A stretch of 35,613 bases of DNA from Vicinamibacteria bacterium (lineage in GTDB: Bacteria; Acidobacteriota; Vicinamibacteria; Vicinamibacterales; UBA2999). Position 1 is the first letter of the stretch; each line of letters begins with the position of its first letter. The stretch spans positions 1-35,613 of the forward strand of contig JAICEG010000002.1 of the NCBI GenBank assembly GCA_025924295.1. The letters run 5' to 3'. The position numbers and the translations under genes are program-made. The notes beneath the pieces are model-generated. The model was not told the DNA's origin. It ran no database searches and saw only the letters and a list, made by a program, of their open reading frames with translations. This document shows positions 1 through 9,408 of this stretch, piece after piece.

Positions 1-1
1 C

Positions 2-841
2 ACCCCGGGGAACATCACCGCCATCCGCCCGATGAAGGACGGCGTCATCGCCGACTTCGAGGCGGCGGAGAAGATGCTCGGTCACTTCATCAAGAAGGCG
101 CATCGCCGAAAGAGCTTCGTTCGTCCGCGGGTGGTCATCGGGGTGCCGTCCGAGATCACGCAGGTCGAGCGTCGCGCGGTCAAGGACAGCGCGTATCGCG
201 CGAAGGCGAGCGAGGTGCACCTCATCGAAGAGGCGATGGCCGCCGCGATTGGCGCCGGGCTGCCGATCACCGAAGCCTCCGGCAACATGATCGTCGACAT
301 CGGTGGCGGCACGACTGACATCGCCGTCATTTCGCTCGCGGGCATCGTCTACAGCAAGTCGGTGCGCGTGGCCGGCAATGCCATGGACGAGGCGATCACG
401 CAGTACGTCAAGAAGGAACATGACCTGCTGATCGGCGAGCGAACGGCCGAGCGGATCAAGATCGAACTGGGATCGGCGGCTCCACTGATGGAGCGCAAGC
501 ACATGGAAGTCAAGGGCCGGCATGTCCTCGAGGGCAAGCCGTGCACTGTGACGCTGAACGATCATCAGATCCGGGAGGCGCTCGCCGAACCGGTCCGCCT
601 GATGATGCAGGCCGTGCGCGACGCGCTCGAGCGCATTCCACCAGAGTTGTCGGCCGACGTCTGCGACCGCGGCATCGTGCTGAGCGGCGGCGGCGCGCTG
701 CTGCAGAATCTCGATGAGCGTCTGCGTCAGGAGACTGGTCTCCCGGTGCAGGTCGCCGAGGATCCGCTGTCGGCCGTGGTGCTCGGCGCGGGCAAGATGC
801 TCTCGGATTTCAACCTGCTCCGGAAGATCTCGATCGACTAA
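2..841 (+). CDS. mreB: Rod shape-determining actin-like protein MreB (N-terminus cut by window edge)
   Basis: The frame is open from position 2 ([19 protein letters not shown]...). Actin-fold motifs are present: [18 protein letters not shown], and the ending LLRKISID. Stop at 839-841. Confidence 0.95.
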   Translation, partial: TPGNITAIRPMKDGVIADFEAAEKMLGHFIKKAHRRKSFVRPRVVIGVPSEITQVERRAVKDSAYRAKASEVHLIEEAMAAAIGAGLPITEASGNMIVDIGGGTTDIAVISLAGIVYSKSVRVAGNAMDEAITQYVKKEHDLLIGERTAERIKIELGSAAPLMERKHMEVKGRHVLEGKPCTVTLNDHQIREALAEPVRLMMQAVRDALERIPPELSADVCDRGIVLSGGGALLQNLDERLRQETGLPVQVAEDPLSAVVLGAGKMLSDFNLLRKISID

Positions 842-848
842 GGATCTC

Positions 849-1199
<351 letters not shown>

Positions 1200-1272
1200 G
1201 CGCGCTATGTTACTCTGCTGCTTCGCGTGTCCAGCCGGCTCGAGCAGCTGGCAGCCATGTTTCGAGTCGACC

Positions 1273-1797
1273 ATGCCCGACGTGCCAGAGATCCCAAGAC
1301 CTTCGCAGCTGTGGAAGAGGCTGCCGTCCGAGCGCAAGGTGCTCGCCGCTGACGCCTTCTGGCAGGACGAGAACGCCGTTGCCGAGCAGGCCGAGGCGAT
1401 TGCGCTCATTGCGCAGCGAATCAAGTTCAGGGTCCGAAGCGTCCAGACTCTTCCGAGAGAGAAGAAGTCGCGTCACCTGATCAACCTGGGTGCCGTGTCA
1501 GAGATGGTTGCGGCACGGCTGCTCGTTGCCTACCACTTGCACCATCAGCGGCCGATGATGGGCGCCTTTCTCGACGGCCTCGGCATCAAGCACGAAGAGG
1601 GGCTGATCGCCGACGAGGAAATGCAGCCGCCCTCGACCGATCGACTGCATGAAGCAGCCAAGGGGCTTGCCGCGTCCTATCCTGCCGAGGACGTCGCCCT
1701 GTATCTGTCAACACTGATGTGGCAGGACCCGGAAACCTGGGCAGGGCTCACCGAACTACCCGAGCTCGCGCTCGACACGTCCAAAGCAGACGCGTAG
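1273..1797 (+). CDS. Hypothetical protein (174 aa), probably co-transcribed with terC
   Basis: Starts at ATG 1273 (MPDVPEIPRPSQLWKRL...). High third-position GC. Stop is 11 nt before the TerC start. I recognise no family. Confidence 0.6.
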   Translation: MPDVPEIPRPSQLWKRLPSERKVLAADAFWQDENAVAEQAEAIALIAQRIKFRVRSVQTLPREKKSRHLINLGAVSEMVAARLLVAYHLHHQRPMMGAFLDGLGIKHEEGLIADEEMQPPSTDRLHEAAKGLAASYPAEDVALYLSTLMWQDPETWAGLTELPELALDTSKADA

Positions 1798-1808
1798 AAG
1801 GCTGACCA

Positions 1809-2570
<762 letters not shown>

Positions 2571-2666
2571 TGGCCGTGCGATCTCACTGACGTGTGTCGG
2601 TGCGATCTCGCTTACGCTTGTCGGTGCAATGGGACTTGCGGATGTCGGTGCGATCGGCTACGTGGC
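2571..2666. repeat. Four tandem 24-bp direct repeats with core TGTCGGTGCGATC
   Basis: Units start at 2571, 2595, 2619 and 2643, an exact 24-nt period. The core 13-mer is identical in units 2 and 4 and matches 11/13 in units 1 and 3. The array spans the terC stop, the intergenic region and the first codons of the hydrolase gene. Confidence 0.75.
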
Positions 2667-3276
2667 AGAGGGCAGTCCGGCAGCACTGCTGGTGCTCGCG
2701 CACGGTGCCGGTGCGGGCCAGCAGCACCCATTCATGACCAGCGTGGCGAAAGGCTTCGCCACCCGCGGCATCGATGTCGTGACCTTCGACTTCCCGTACA
2801 TGCGGGCGCGCAAGAAGGTTCCCGATCGCGCGCCCGTGCTCGAGCAGGCGTTCTCGGAGGTCATCGGCGTCGCGCGGACGTGGAGTGGCGCGCGTCGATT
2901 GTTCATCGGCGGCAAGTCGATGGGCGGCCGGATGGCGACTCATCTGGGTGCCGCGCGCCTCGAGGGCCTCAGCGGCATCGTGGTGTTCGGATACCCGCTT
3001 CATCCACCCGGAAAGCCCGACCAGCTGCGCGTCTCGCATCTGCCGTCCATCGCCGCGCCCGTGCTCATCGTGCAGGGAGAGCGCGATGCGTTCGGGACGC
3101 CGCTCGAACTGAAGCCGGCGCTCGATTCGATGACGGCGCCGGTGGAGCTGCATGTCGTCCAGGGGGGTGATCACTCGCTGGCGGTTTCGGGACGCCGCCG
3201 CGAGATTGTTCTCGACGACGTCCTCGACGTTGCCGCCGGATGGATGCGAAAGAGCGCGGACCGAAAGTCGCCATGA
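2629..3276 (+). CDS. Alpha/beta-fold hydrolase (dienelactone-hydrolase-like, COG3571-type)
   Basis: Nucleophile elbow GGKSMGGR, downstream QGERDAFG and GGDHSL (candidate Asp/His), and LVLAHGAGAG near the N-terminus. Confidence 0.8.
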   Translation: MGLADVGAIGYVAEGSPAALLVLAHGAGAGQQHPFMTSVAKGFATRGIDVVTFDFPYMRARKKVPDRAPVLEQAFSEVIGVARTWSGARRLFIGGKSMGGRMATHLGAARLEGLSGIVVFGYPLHPPGKPDQLRVSHLPSIAAPVLIVQGERDAFGTPLELKPALDSMTAPVELHVVQGGDHSLAVSGRRREIVLDDVLDVAAGWMRKSADRKSP

Positions 3277-4346
3277 CGCTCGAATCGCTCGGGTGGGACG
3301 ACGGCCTCGCACGCGCATTTCAGGAGTGGGCCGACAAACGCGACATGCAGCCCGGACGTGTCCTCATCGAGTTCAACTACATCTGCAGGGTCTGGTGCGC
3401 TGAAGGCGAGATCGAAGCCGTTCGATCCGGCCGGCTCTCACATCGCGCGACGAGCCGTGGCGATCTGCCTGCGGTTGGCGATTGGGTCGTCGTCAGAAAG
3501 CGACCTGATGACGCGCGGGGAGCGATCGTTGCGGTACTGCCGCGCCGCAGCTGGTTCTCCCGCCGCATGGCCGGGCAGGTCACCGACGAGCAGGTGGTTG
3601 CGGCCAACGTCGACGTCGTCTTCGTCGTGATGGCGCTCGACCACGACTTCAGTCTGCGCCGTCTGGAGCGCTATCTGCTCCTTGCGCGGGAGAGTGGCGC
3701 TGCCCCGGTCGTGCTGCTGACGAAGCCGGACGTCTCGGACGAAGTGGCAGCGCGTCTCGCCGAGGTGACAGCGCTTGCCGGTGACGCGCCCGTGCATGTC
3801 ATCAGCCCGAAACTGAACCAGGGCATCGAACAGGTCGCCGTGTATCTGCCGCCCGGCAAGACCGGTGCGCTGCTCGGATCGTCGGGCGTCGGGAAGAGCA
3901 CGATCATCAATCGCCTGGTGGGCCGCGACGTTCAGCGCACGCGGGACATCCGTGCCTGGGATTCGAAGGGACGCCACACGACAACGCATCGCGAGCTCGT
4001 GTTCCTGCCGAACGGCGGGTTCGTCATCGATACTCCGGGGATGCGTGAGCTGCAGTTATGGGATGTCGGTGATGCCGTCAGCGAAACATTCGACGATATC
4101 GAAGCTCTGGCCGGCGCGTGCCGATTCAGTGATTGCCGGCACCGGGATGAGCCCGATTGTGCGGTGAAAGCTGCCGTTGCCGGGGGCTCGATGCCCGCAG
4201 CTCGACTCGAAAGCTACCTGAAACTGAATGACGAACTCGGGCATCTCGCGCAGCAGCAAGATCAGCGCGCCCAGCTCGAGGCCAAGCGGCGCAGCAAGAT
4301 CATGGGCAAGGCGCTCAAGCAGCACCTCAAGTCCAAGCGGCATTAA
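3273..4346 (+). CDS. rsgA: Ribosome small-subunit-dependent GTPase A (RsgA/YjeQ)
   Basis: Circularly permuted GTPase motifs are present: LLTKPD, GSSGVGKST, DTPG. C-terminal zinc knuckle CRFSDCRHRDEPDCAV. Start chosen at ATG 3273, which makes an ATGA overlap with the hydrolase stop; ATG 3240 is the alternative. Confidence 0.92.
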   Translation: MTLESLGWDDGLARAFQEWADKRDMQPGRVLIEFNYICRVWCAEGEIEAVRSGRLSHRATSRGDLPAVGDWVVVRKRPDDARGAIVAVLPRRSWFSRRMAGQVTDEQVVAANVDVVFVVMALDHDFSLRRLERYLLLARESGAAPVVLLTKPDVSDEVAARLAEVTALAGDAPVHVISPKLNQGIEQVAVYLPPGKTGALLGSSGVGKSTIINRLVGRDVQRTRDIRAWDSKGRHTTTHRELVFLPNGGFVIDTPGMRELQLWDVGDAVSETFDDIEALAGACRFSDCRHRDEPDCAVKAAVAGGSMPAARLESYLKLNDELGHLAQQQDQRAQLEAKRRSKIMGKALKQHLKSKRH

Positions 4347-4371
4347 TCCGTCCCAATCGGCCGCGGCAGCG

Positions 4372-4386
4372 TGGCAGTTCCTTTGC
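4372..4386 (+). promoter_or_regulatory. Candidate sigma-54 (-24/-12) promoter
   Basis: TGGCAG-ttcct-TTGC. The GG-to-GC spacing matches the consensus TGGCACG-N4-TTGC. It lies 75 nt upstream of the TonB-dependent receptor ATG (4461). Confidence 0.4.
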
Positions 4387-4460
4387 CCCAGTAGTGGCGA
4401 AGGCTTTCTACGTTCACACCTCTGCAAATTTCCGCCGATCGGTCTGGTCGGAGAACCGTC

Positions 4461-6455
4461 ATGAGATGGCTGTTCGTCGTCGCGTTGCTGTCGCTGCAGG
4501 CCACCGTTGCGGCCGCACAGGGACCTCCGGATGTCACCCGTGTGGACATCGAAGACCTGATGCGCATCGAGGTGGAGCGGGTCTTTGGCGCCTCGGAGCG
4601 GCTCCAGCCCGTGACGGAAGCGCCTTCGTCGGTGTCGATCGTCACCGGCGACGAGATCGAGCGCTACGGGTACCGGACGCTCGCAGACGTCCTGCGTTCG
4701 GTGCGGGGGTTCTACATCTCGAACGACCGGAACTACAGCTACATCGGTGCCCGGGGATTTGCGCGGCCGGGCGACTACAACACGCGGGTCCTGCTGCTTC
4801 TCAACGGCCACCGCGTCAACGACAGCGTGTACGACCAGGCCCCCATCGGCGCGGAGCTCGGCCTCGACATGGCGATGATCGAGCGCGTGGAAGTCATTCG
4901 CGGACCCGCGTCATCGCTGTACGGGACGAGCGCGTTCTTTGCGGTCGTCAACGTGACTACGCGCAGTGGCGGCTCGATGAATGGCCTGTCGGCCGGCGTC
5001 GAGGCGGGAACACACGGGACGACGGTGGCGCGAGTCTCCGGCGGCAGGCAGTTCGCCGATGGCGTGGACCTCGCGGTGTCGGGCTCACTGCAGCGAAGCG
5101 AGGGTGAGCAGCATATCCACTTCCCGGCATTCGATACTCCCGCCACCAACAACGGCATCGCCGATGGTCTCGACCGCGAACACGTCGGCAGCGTGTACGC
5201 GCGTCTCACGGCCGGCAACTTTGCTTTCACCGCAGCGTCCGGCAGCCGCAAGAAGTACGTACCGACGGCGTCGTACGGCACGATCTTCAACGAACAGGAG
5301 ATACCCGAGCAGACGACCGATCAGCGCGCGGTCCTGATGGGGGAGTACACGCGCACGCTCGCCGGCACACGGCTGGCGCTCGACGGTGCCTACGATTGGT
5401 ACGACTACGACGGCATCTACCCGTACCCATCCGACGACCCGGGTTTTCCCGTGTTGATCAACTCGGATGCGGCCCAAGGTATTCGCTGGAACGCCGGCGT
5501 CCGTCTCTCGCGCGCGTTACCCGGGCGTCAGACGATCACCGGTGGTGGGATCTTCTACAAGAACCTTCGCCAGAACATGTCGTACTCCTACAGCGACCCG
5601 AGCATCGAGGGGGCGGACCTGTTTCATTCGTCGCGTCACAGTGGGATCTACGTGCAGGACGAAATCCGCCTCTTTCCGTGGCTCCTGCTGAACGGCGGCA
5701 TTCGCTACGATCGTTATGAGCAATTCGGTCGCGCGACGCCGCGCGGAGCCGTGATTGTCTCGCCGTGGTCGGGTAGCTCGCTCAAGTATCTTTATGGCGA
5801 GGCGTTTCGCGCGCCCAACTCCTACGAGCTCTACTACTACGGTACGACCCCACCGGATCTCCAGCCCGAGTTCATCCGCACGCACGAAGTCGTCTGGGAG
5901 CAATACCTCGGTGAATGGCTGCGAACATCCGCCTCGACCTATCGTTACGCCGTTTCACAACTGATTACCTTCCAATCGCTCGAATCCGAATCCGAAACCA
6001 TTCAGGGCCAGTGGGGGTTCGTCAACGACGGCGCAATCGACGCGAACGGTCTCGAGCTCGAGGCGGAAATGCGGACCAAGGACGGCCTGCAGGTGTTGAC
6101 GAGCTACGTCCTGCAGGAGGCCACCCAGGCAGAAACGCTGCTGACCAATTCGCCTCGCCACATGGTGAAGGCGCGACTCGGCGTTCCGATCGGTCGCCGT
6201 GCGTTCGCGTCAGCTGAATGGCAGATGATGGGCGAGCGCCATACCCTCGCGAGAGATACGGTGGACGCCGCATCAGTGGTGAACGTGACGACGCACTGGC
6301 CGATCGCCAGGCGGTTGTCACTGACCGGCTCGATCGCGAACCTGTTCGACCAGCGCTACGCCGACCCGGGGTCGGATGAGCACGTGCCCGACGTCATCCC
6401 TCAGATCGGACGAGCGATGCGCATCGGCGTCCGCTGGGATCTCCAGGGTCGTTGA
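4461..6455 (+). CDS. TonB-dependent outer-membrane receptor
   Basis: Signal peptide MRWLFVVALLSLQATVAAAQG. Plug-domain motifs are SVSIVTGDEIERYGYRTLADVLRSVRG and LLLNGHRVND. A long beta-barrel-like C-terminal region follows. SD GGAGAA lies 6 nt upstream. Confidence 0.9.
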   Translation: MRWLFVVALLSLQATVAAAQGPPDVTRVDIEDLMRIEVERVFGASERLQPVTEAPSSVSIVTGDEIERYGYRTLADVLRSVRGFYISNDRNYSYIGARGFARPGDYNTRVLLLLNGHRVNDSVYDQAPIGAELGLDMAMIERVEVIRGPASSLYGTSAFFAVVNVTTRSGGSMNGLSAGVEAGTHGTTVARVSGGRQFADGVDLAVSGSLQRSEGEQHIHFPAFDTPATNNGIADGLDREHVGSVYARLTAGNFAFTAASGSRKKYVPTASYGTIFNEQEIPEQTTDQRAVLMGEYTRTLAGTRLALDGAYDWYDYDGIYPYPSDDPGFPVLINSDAAQGIRWNAGVRLSRALPGRQTITGGGIFYKNLRQNMSYSYSDPSIEGADLFHSSRHSGIYVQDEIRLFPWLLLNGGIRYDRYEQFGRATPRGAVIVSPWSGSSLKYLYGEAFRAPNSYELYYYGTTPPDLQPEFIRTHEVVWEQYLGEWLRTSASTYRYAVSQLITFQSLESESETIQGQWGFVNDGAIDANGLELEAEMRTKDGLQVLTSYVLQEATQAETLLTNSPRHMVKARLGVPIGRRAFASAEWQMMGERHTLARDTVDAASVVNVTTHWPIARRLSLTGSIANLFDQRYADPGSDEHVPDVIPQIGRAMRIGVRWDLQGR

Positions 6456-7030
6456 TGACACCATTCGCGGCACAACACACCGTCGGCCGCGTGTGGTGCG
6501 CGGGCCTTGCGATGTGTCTCGCCGCCGGCATATCCGTGGTCGGCCGTGCGCAGCCGGTACCTGCATCAGCGTTGAAGTCGGCGTTCGTGATGAACTTCAT
6601 CAAGTTCACAGAGTGGCGCGACGTTGACGCGGCAGCGCCGATCAAGCTCTGCCTGCCGGCGGAGGAGACGATCGGGGATGTGATGGCGCAGACGATGAGG
6701 GGCCAGTCGGTCAACGGCCGCCGAGTGTCCGTACACCGGATTGCGGCCGTTGACGCCGTGCGCGATTGTCAGGTCTTGTTCCTGACAGAGCGCGACCCGC
6801 AGCGGCTACGGACGATCCTCGCGGCAGCGAACCATGCGCCGATGCTCACCGTGAGCGACGTCGAGCGGTCGGCCAGCTACGGCGCGGTCATCGAGCTGTA
6901 CGAGGAGGGCGGCCGGCTGCGATTTGCGATCAACATCGACTCGATGGAACGGTCGCGCATCAAGGTCAGTTCGCGTTTGCTGGATCTTGCGAAGATCGTT
7001 CGGGACGCGGATCGACAGCCGCTGCCGTAG
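6455..7030 (+). CDS. YfiR-family (DUF4154) periplasmic protein
   Basis: Signal peptide followed by LKSAFVMNFIKFTEWRD, typical of DUF4154. ATG 6455 overlaps the receptor stop (TGATG); an in-frame TTG at 6452 is the alternative start. Confidence 0.8.
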   Translation: MTPFAAQHTVGRVWCAGLAMCLAAGISVVGRAQPVPASALKSAFVMNFIKFTEWRDVDAAAPIKLCLPAEETIGDVMAQTMRGQSVNGRRVSVHRIAAVDAVRDCQVLFLTERDPQRLRTILAAANHAPMLTVSDVERSASYGAVIELYEEGGRLRFAINIDSMERSRIKVSSRLLDLAKIVRDADRQPLP

Positions 7031-7038
7031 TCGTGTGA

Positions 7039-7986
7039 TCAGACTGGCCGACGCCAGCGTAAACGGGATAGCAAGTCTGGCAGCGCGGGCCACGAGAACC
7101 TCGATGGCCGGCGTGGTGGCTGCAAACCGAGGCTGATGACGGCGGTGTTGACCATCGCGCCCGTGATCACGCGGGTGTCCGCCTGCGCACCGGCCATCAG
7201 CGCGCGATCGCAGATCAGGTTGATCAGCCGCGGCACACCGCTGCTCGCCTTGTGCAGGAGGTCGAGGGCCGCGTCGTCGAAGGCGACCTGCGACATCTCT
7301 CCCGCGACCGACATGCGATGCATCACGTAGGCCTCGAGCTCGAGGCGCCCCAGCGGCGCCAGAACCGCACGCAGCGCCACACGCTGATCGAGCTGACGCT
7401 GATCGGGGTGCTTCAGCACGTCGAGCAGATTGAGCTGGCCGACCAGGACGATCTGCAGCAGCTTGGTGTGGTTCGTCTCCAGGTTCGAGAGGATGCGAAT
7501 CTCTTCCAGCACCTGCGGTGAGAGGTGCTGTGCCTCGTCGATGATGAGGACGCCGCTTGCCCCGATCGGGACCAGCGTGGTCAGGAACTCGTGCAGCGCG
7601 GCGATCAGATCGTGCCTGCTGGCGCCCATGACGCGTCCACTGCGAACCGCCTCGCGCGAGACGACGCCGAAATCGAGCAGGATTTCACGGAGCAGCTCGT
7701 CGCCCGACAGGAACGGGTTCAGGACCAGCGACGTGAACAGCGTCATGTCGAGCCGTTCGAGCACCGTTCGGCACACCGTCGTCTTGCCGGTGCCGATATC
7801 GCCGCTCAGGACGGCCACGCCTTCGCGCCGCCGGATGGTCTGCAGCAACAGCCGGATGGCCTCTTCGTGTGACGGGCTGGGATACAGGAAACGCGGGTCG
7901 GGAGCGAGCGTGAATGGCGATTGCGCGAACCCGTAGAACTCTTCGTATTGCAGCGACCGCGGTGTTGTTCGTGTTGTAACGCGCAA
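7039..7986 (-). CDS. ExeA/GspA-like AAA ATPase (AAA_22)
   Basis: N-terminal FYGFAQSPFTLAPDPRFLY motif, Walker A GDIGTGKTT and Walker B VLIIDEAQ. The only in-frame start after the upstream stop is TTG (7984-7986). Confidence 0.85.
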   Translation of the reverse strand: MRVTTRTTPRSLQYEEFYGFAQSPFTLAPDPRFLYPSPSHEEAIRLLLQTIRRREGVAVLSGDIGTGKTTVCRTVLERLDMTLFTSLVLNPFLSGDELLREILLDFGVVSREAVRSGRVMGASRHDLIAALHEFLTTLVPIGASGVLIIDEAQHLSPQVLEEIRILSNLETNHTKLLQIVLVGQLNLLDVLKHPDQRQLDQRVALRAVLAPLGRLELEAYVMHRMSVAGEMSQVAFDDAALDLLHKASSGVPRLINLICDRALMAGAQADTRVITGAMVNTAVISLGLQPPRRPSRFSWPALPDLLSRLRWRRPV

Positions 7987-8020
7987 CGTGCAGCGAATAT
8001 AGCATGAGATAATTCACAGG
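7987..8020. promoter_or_regulatory. AT-rich 34-bp divergent promoter region with -10-like boxes close to both start codons
   Basis: Sequence is cgtgcagcgaatatagcatgagataattcacagg. GATAAT (8008-8013) ends 7 nt before ATG 8021. On the other strand TATATT ends 9 nt before TTG 7986. Neither gene has a clear Shine-Dalgarno sequence. Confidence 0.35.
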
Positions 8021-9154
8021 ATGCTGCCGTTGCTGCTCCTCCTCGTCGCGTTGAGCGCGCAGGCGACGCGTCCGCAGCGGCCGGCGGTGCCAGCGCCGCC
8101 ACGCGATCCGTTCTTCACGTCGACGATGACGCCGGACGAGATTCGCGGGAAGCAGGCTGTCCTCGAGACGAGTGACGGGACCATCGTTCTCGATCTCCTG
8201 GCCGACGCGGCTCCCAACCATGTCGCGTACTTCATCACGCAGGCTCGTGCCGGCGCCTACGACGGCACGGTGTTCCATCGCCTGATCGCGATGGGCATCA
8301 TCCAGGGCGGAGATCCGCTGTCGAAGGATCCCGCGCAGGCGGCCAAGTACGGTACTGGAGGCCTGGGCCGGCTCCGCTTCGAGCCAAACGCGGAGAAGCA
8401 CACGCGCGGAGCGGTGTCAGCCGTACAGGTCCCCGGTAATCGCGACAGCGCCGGCAACCAGTTTTTCATTGTCGTGACAGATCAGGCCGCTCTCGACGGC
8501 CAGTACACCGTCTTTGCGCGCGTGGCAGACGGCATCAACGTCGCCCAGAAGATCTCGACGATGCCAGCAACCAATGCGGTGCCGGCGACGCGCATCGAGA
8601 TCCGGCGGGTGACGATCCGGGACACGCCGGCGCCAGCGCCGGAGCCGTTCGTGTCCGAAAGCGTCCAGGAGCTCAGCTCGTACCGGGCAGTGATATCGAC
8701 GTCGATGGGCGATATCACGCTCGAGTTGTTCCCCGATCGGGCGCCCAATCACGTCCGTCAGTTCCTCCGGCTCGCCTCGTCAGGCGTGTACGACGGGACG
8801 TCAGTTCACCGCGTGGTCAAGGGATTCGTGGCGCAGACCGGGCACCTGCCGACACGGCGGGAGCCGCTCAACGAACGCCAGCAGGGGTTCGTGCGCAATC
8901 TGCAGCCCGAGTTCAATCCGACTCCGCACGAGCGCGGGATCGTCTCGATGGCCCGGCTCGACGATCCTGCCAGCGCCTCGAGCTCGTTTTTCATCGTGCT
9001 CGGCCGCTCGCCTGCACTCGACAATCAGTACACCGTTTTCGGTCGAGTGGTCGGCGGCCTCGACGTGCTGGAGAAGATCGAAGGCGCTCCGCTCAACGGT
9101 GAAGCGCCGGTGACACGCATCGAGGTGACGGGCGTGAAGCTCGTTCGTCAGTAG
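8021..9154 (+). CDS. Secreted peptidyl-prolyl cis-trans isomerase with two tandem cyclophilin domains
   Basis: Signal peptide MLPLLLLLVALSAQA. Two copies of the cyclophilin signatures are present: FHRLI..GIIQGGDP..NQFFIV and VHRVVKGFVAQTG..SSFFIVLG..YTVFGRV. Confidence 0.9.
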   Translation: MLPLLLLLVALSAQATRPQRPAVPAPPRDPFFTSTMTPDEIRGKQAVLETSDGTIVLDLLADAAPNHVAYFITQARAGAYDGTVFHRLIAMGIIQGGDPLSKDPAQAAKYGTGGLGRLRFEPNAEKHTRGAVSAVQVPGNRDSAGNQFFIVVTDQAALDGQYTVFARVADGINVAQKISTMPATNAVPATRIEIRRVTIRDTPAPAPEPFVSESVQELSSYRAVISTSMGDITLELFPDRAPNHVRQFLRLASSGVYDGTSVHRVVKGFVAQTGHLPTRREPLNERQQGFVRNLQPEFNPTPHERGIVSMARLDDPASASSSFFIVLGRSPALDNQYTVFGRVVGGLDVLEKIEGAPLNGEAPVTRIEVTGVKLVRQ

Positions 9155-9162
9155 GCAGGACT

Positions 9163-9384
9163 ATGTTGAACGGATCGAGAGACGCTGTGTTGCGGCGCAT
9201 GCAGCCGATCAGCATTCATGGTCAGCTGTCATACGACGTGCACTACACGTTCGCCGACGAGCCCGATGGTCAGCCACGGGTCGCGCGGATTGGCCCTGAA
9301 GCGCTCGCGCCGGGGCTCCAGATCGGCGACAAGGTTCGCCTCGATTTTCTCGTCGGTGTGGTCACCGCTATTCATCGTCTGTAG
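9163..9384 (+). CDS. Hypothetical small protein (73 aa)
   Basis: Starts 8 nt after the PPIase stop. Codon third positions are GC-biased like the neighbours. No recognisable family. Confidence 0.45.
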   Translation: MLNGSRDAVLRRMQPISIHGQLSYDVHYTFADEPDGQPRVARIGPEALAPGLQIGDKVRLDFLVGVVTAIHRL

Positions 9385-9408
9385 CCACGAAGGTCTTGGC
9401 CACGAAGG
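9384..9408 (+). repeat. Two direct copies of GCCACGAAGG (15-nt spacing), with an inverted copy of the CCACGAAG core at 9620-9627
   Basis: Read directly: gccacgaagg at 9384-9393 and 9399-9408, and cttcgtgg at 9620-9627. All lie in the 288-bp non-coding region upstream of the ADOP permease. Confidence 0.4.

Noticed and set aside
1249-1263. Sigma-54-like TGGCAG-N5-TTTC upstream of the hypothetical gene at 1273
   Set aside because: The -12 element lacks the essential GC (TTTC instead of TTGC). The site also lies only about 10 nt from the start codon.
1798-1808. Possible yybP-ykoY (Mn) riboswitch upstream of TerC
   Set aside because: Only 11 nt separate the upstream ORF stop from the TerC ATG. 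There is no room for a riboswitch aptamer.
5971-6000. gaatccgaatccgaaacc microrepeat inside the TonB-dependent receptor gene
   Set aside because: It is a short in-frame repeat encoding LESESET in a predicted loop. It is too short and too ordinary to call a feature.
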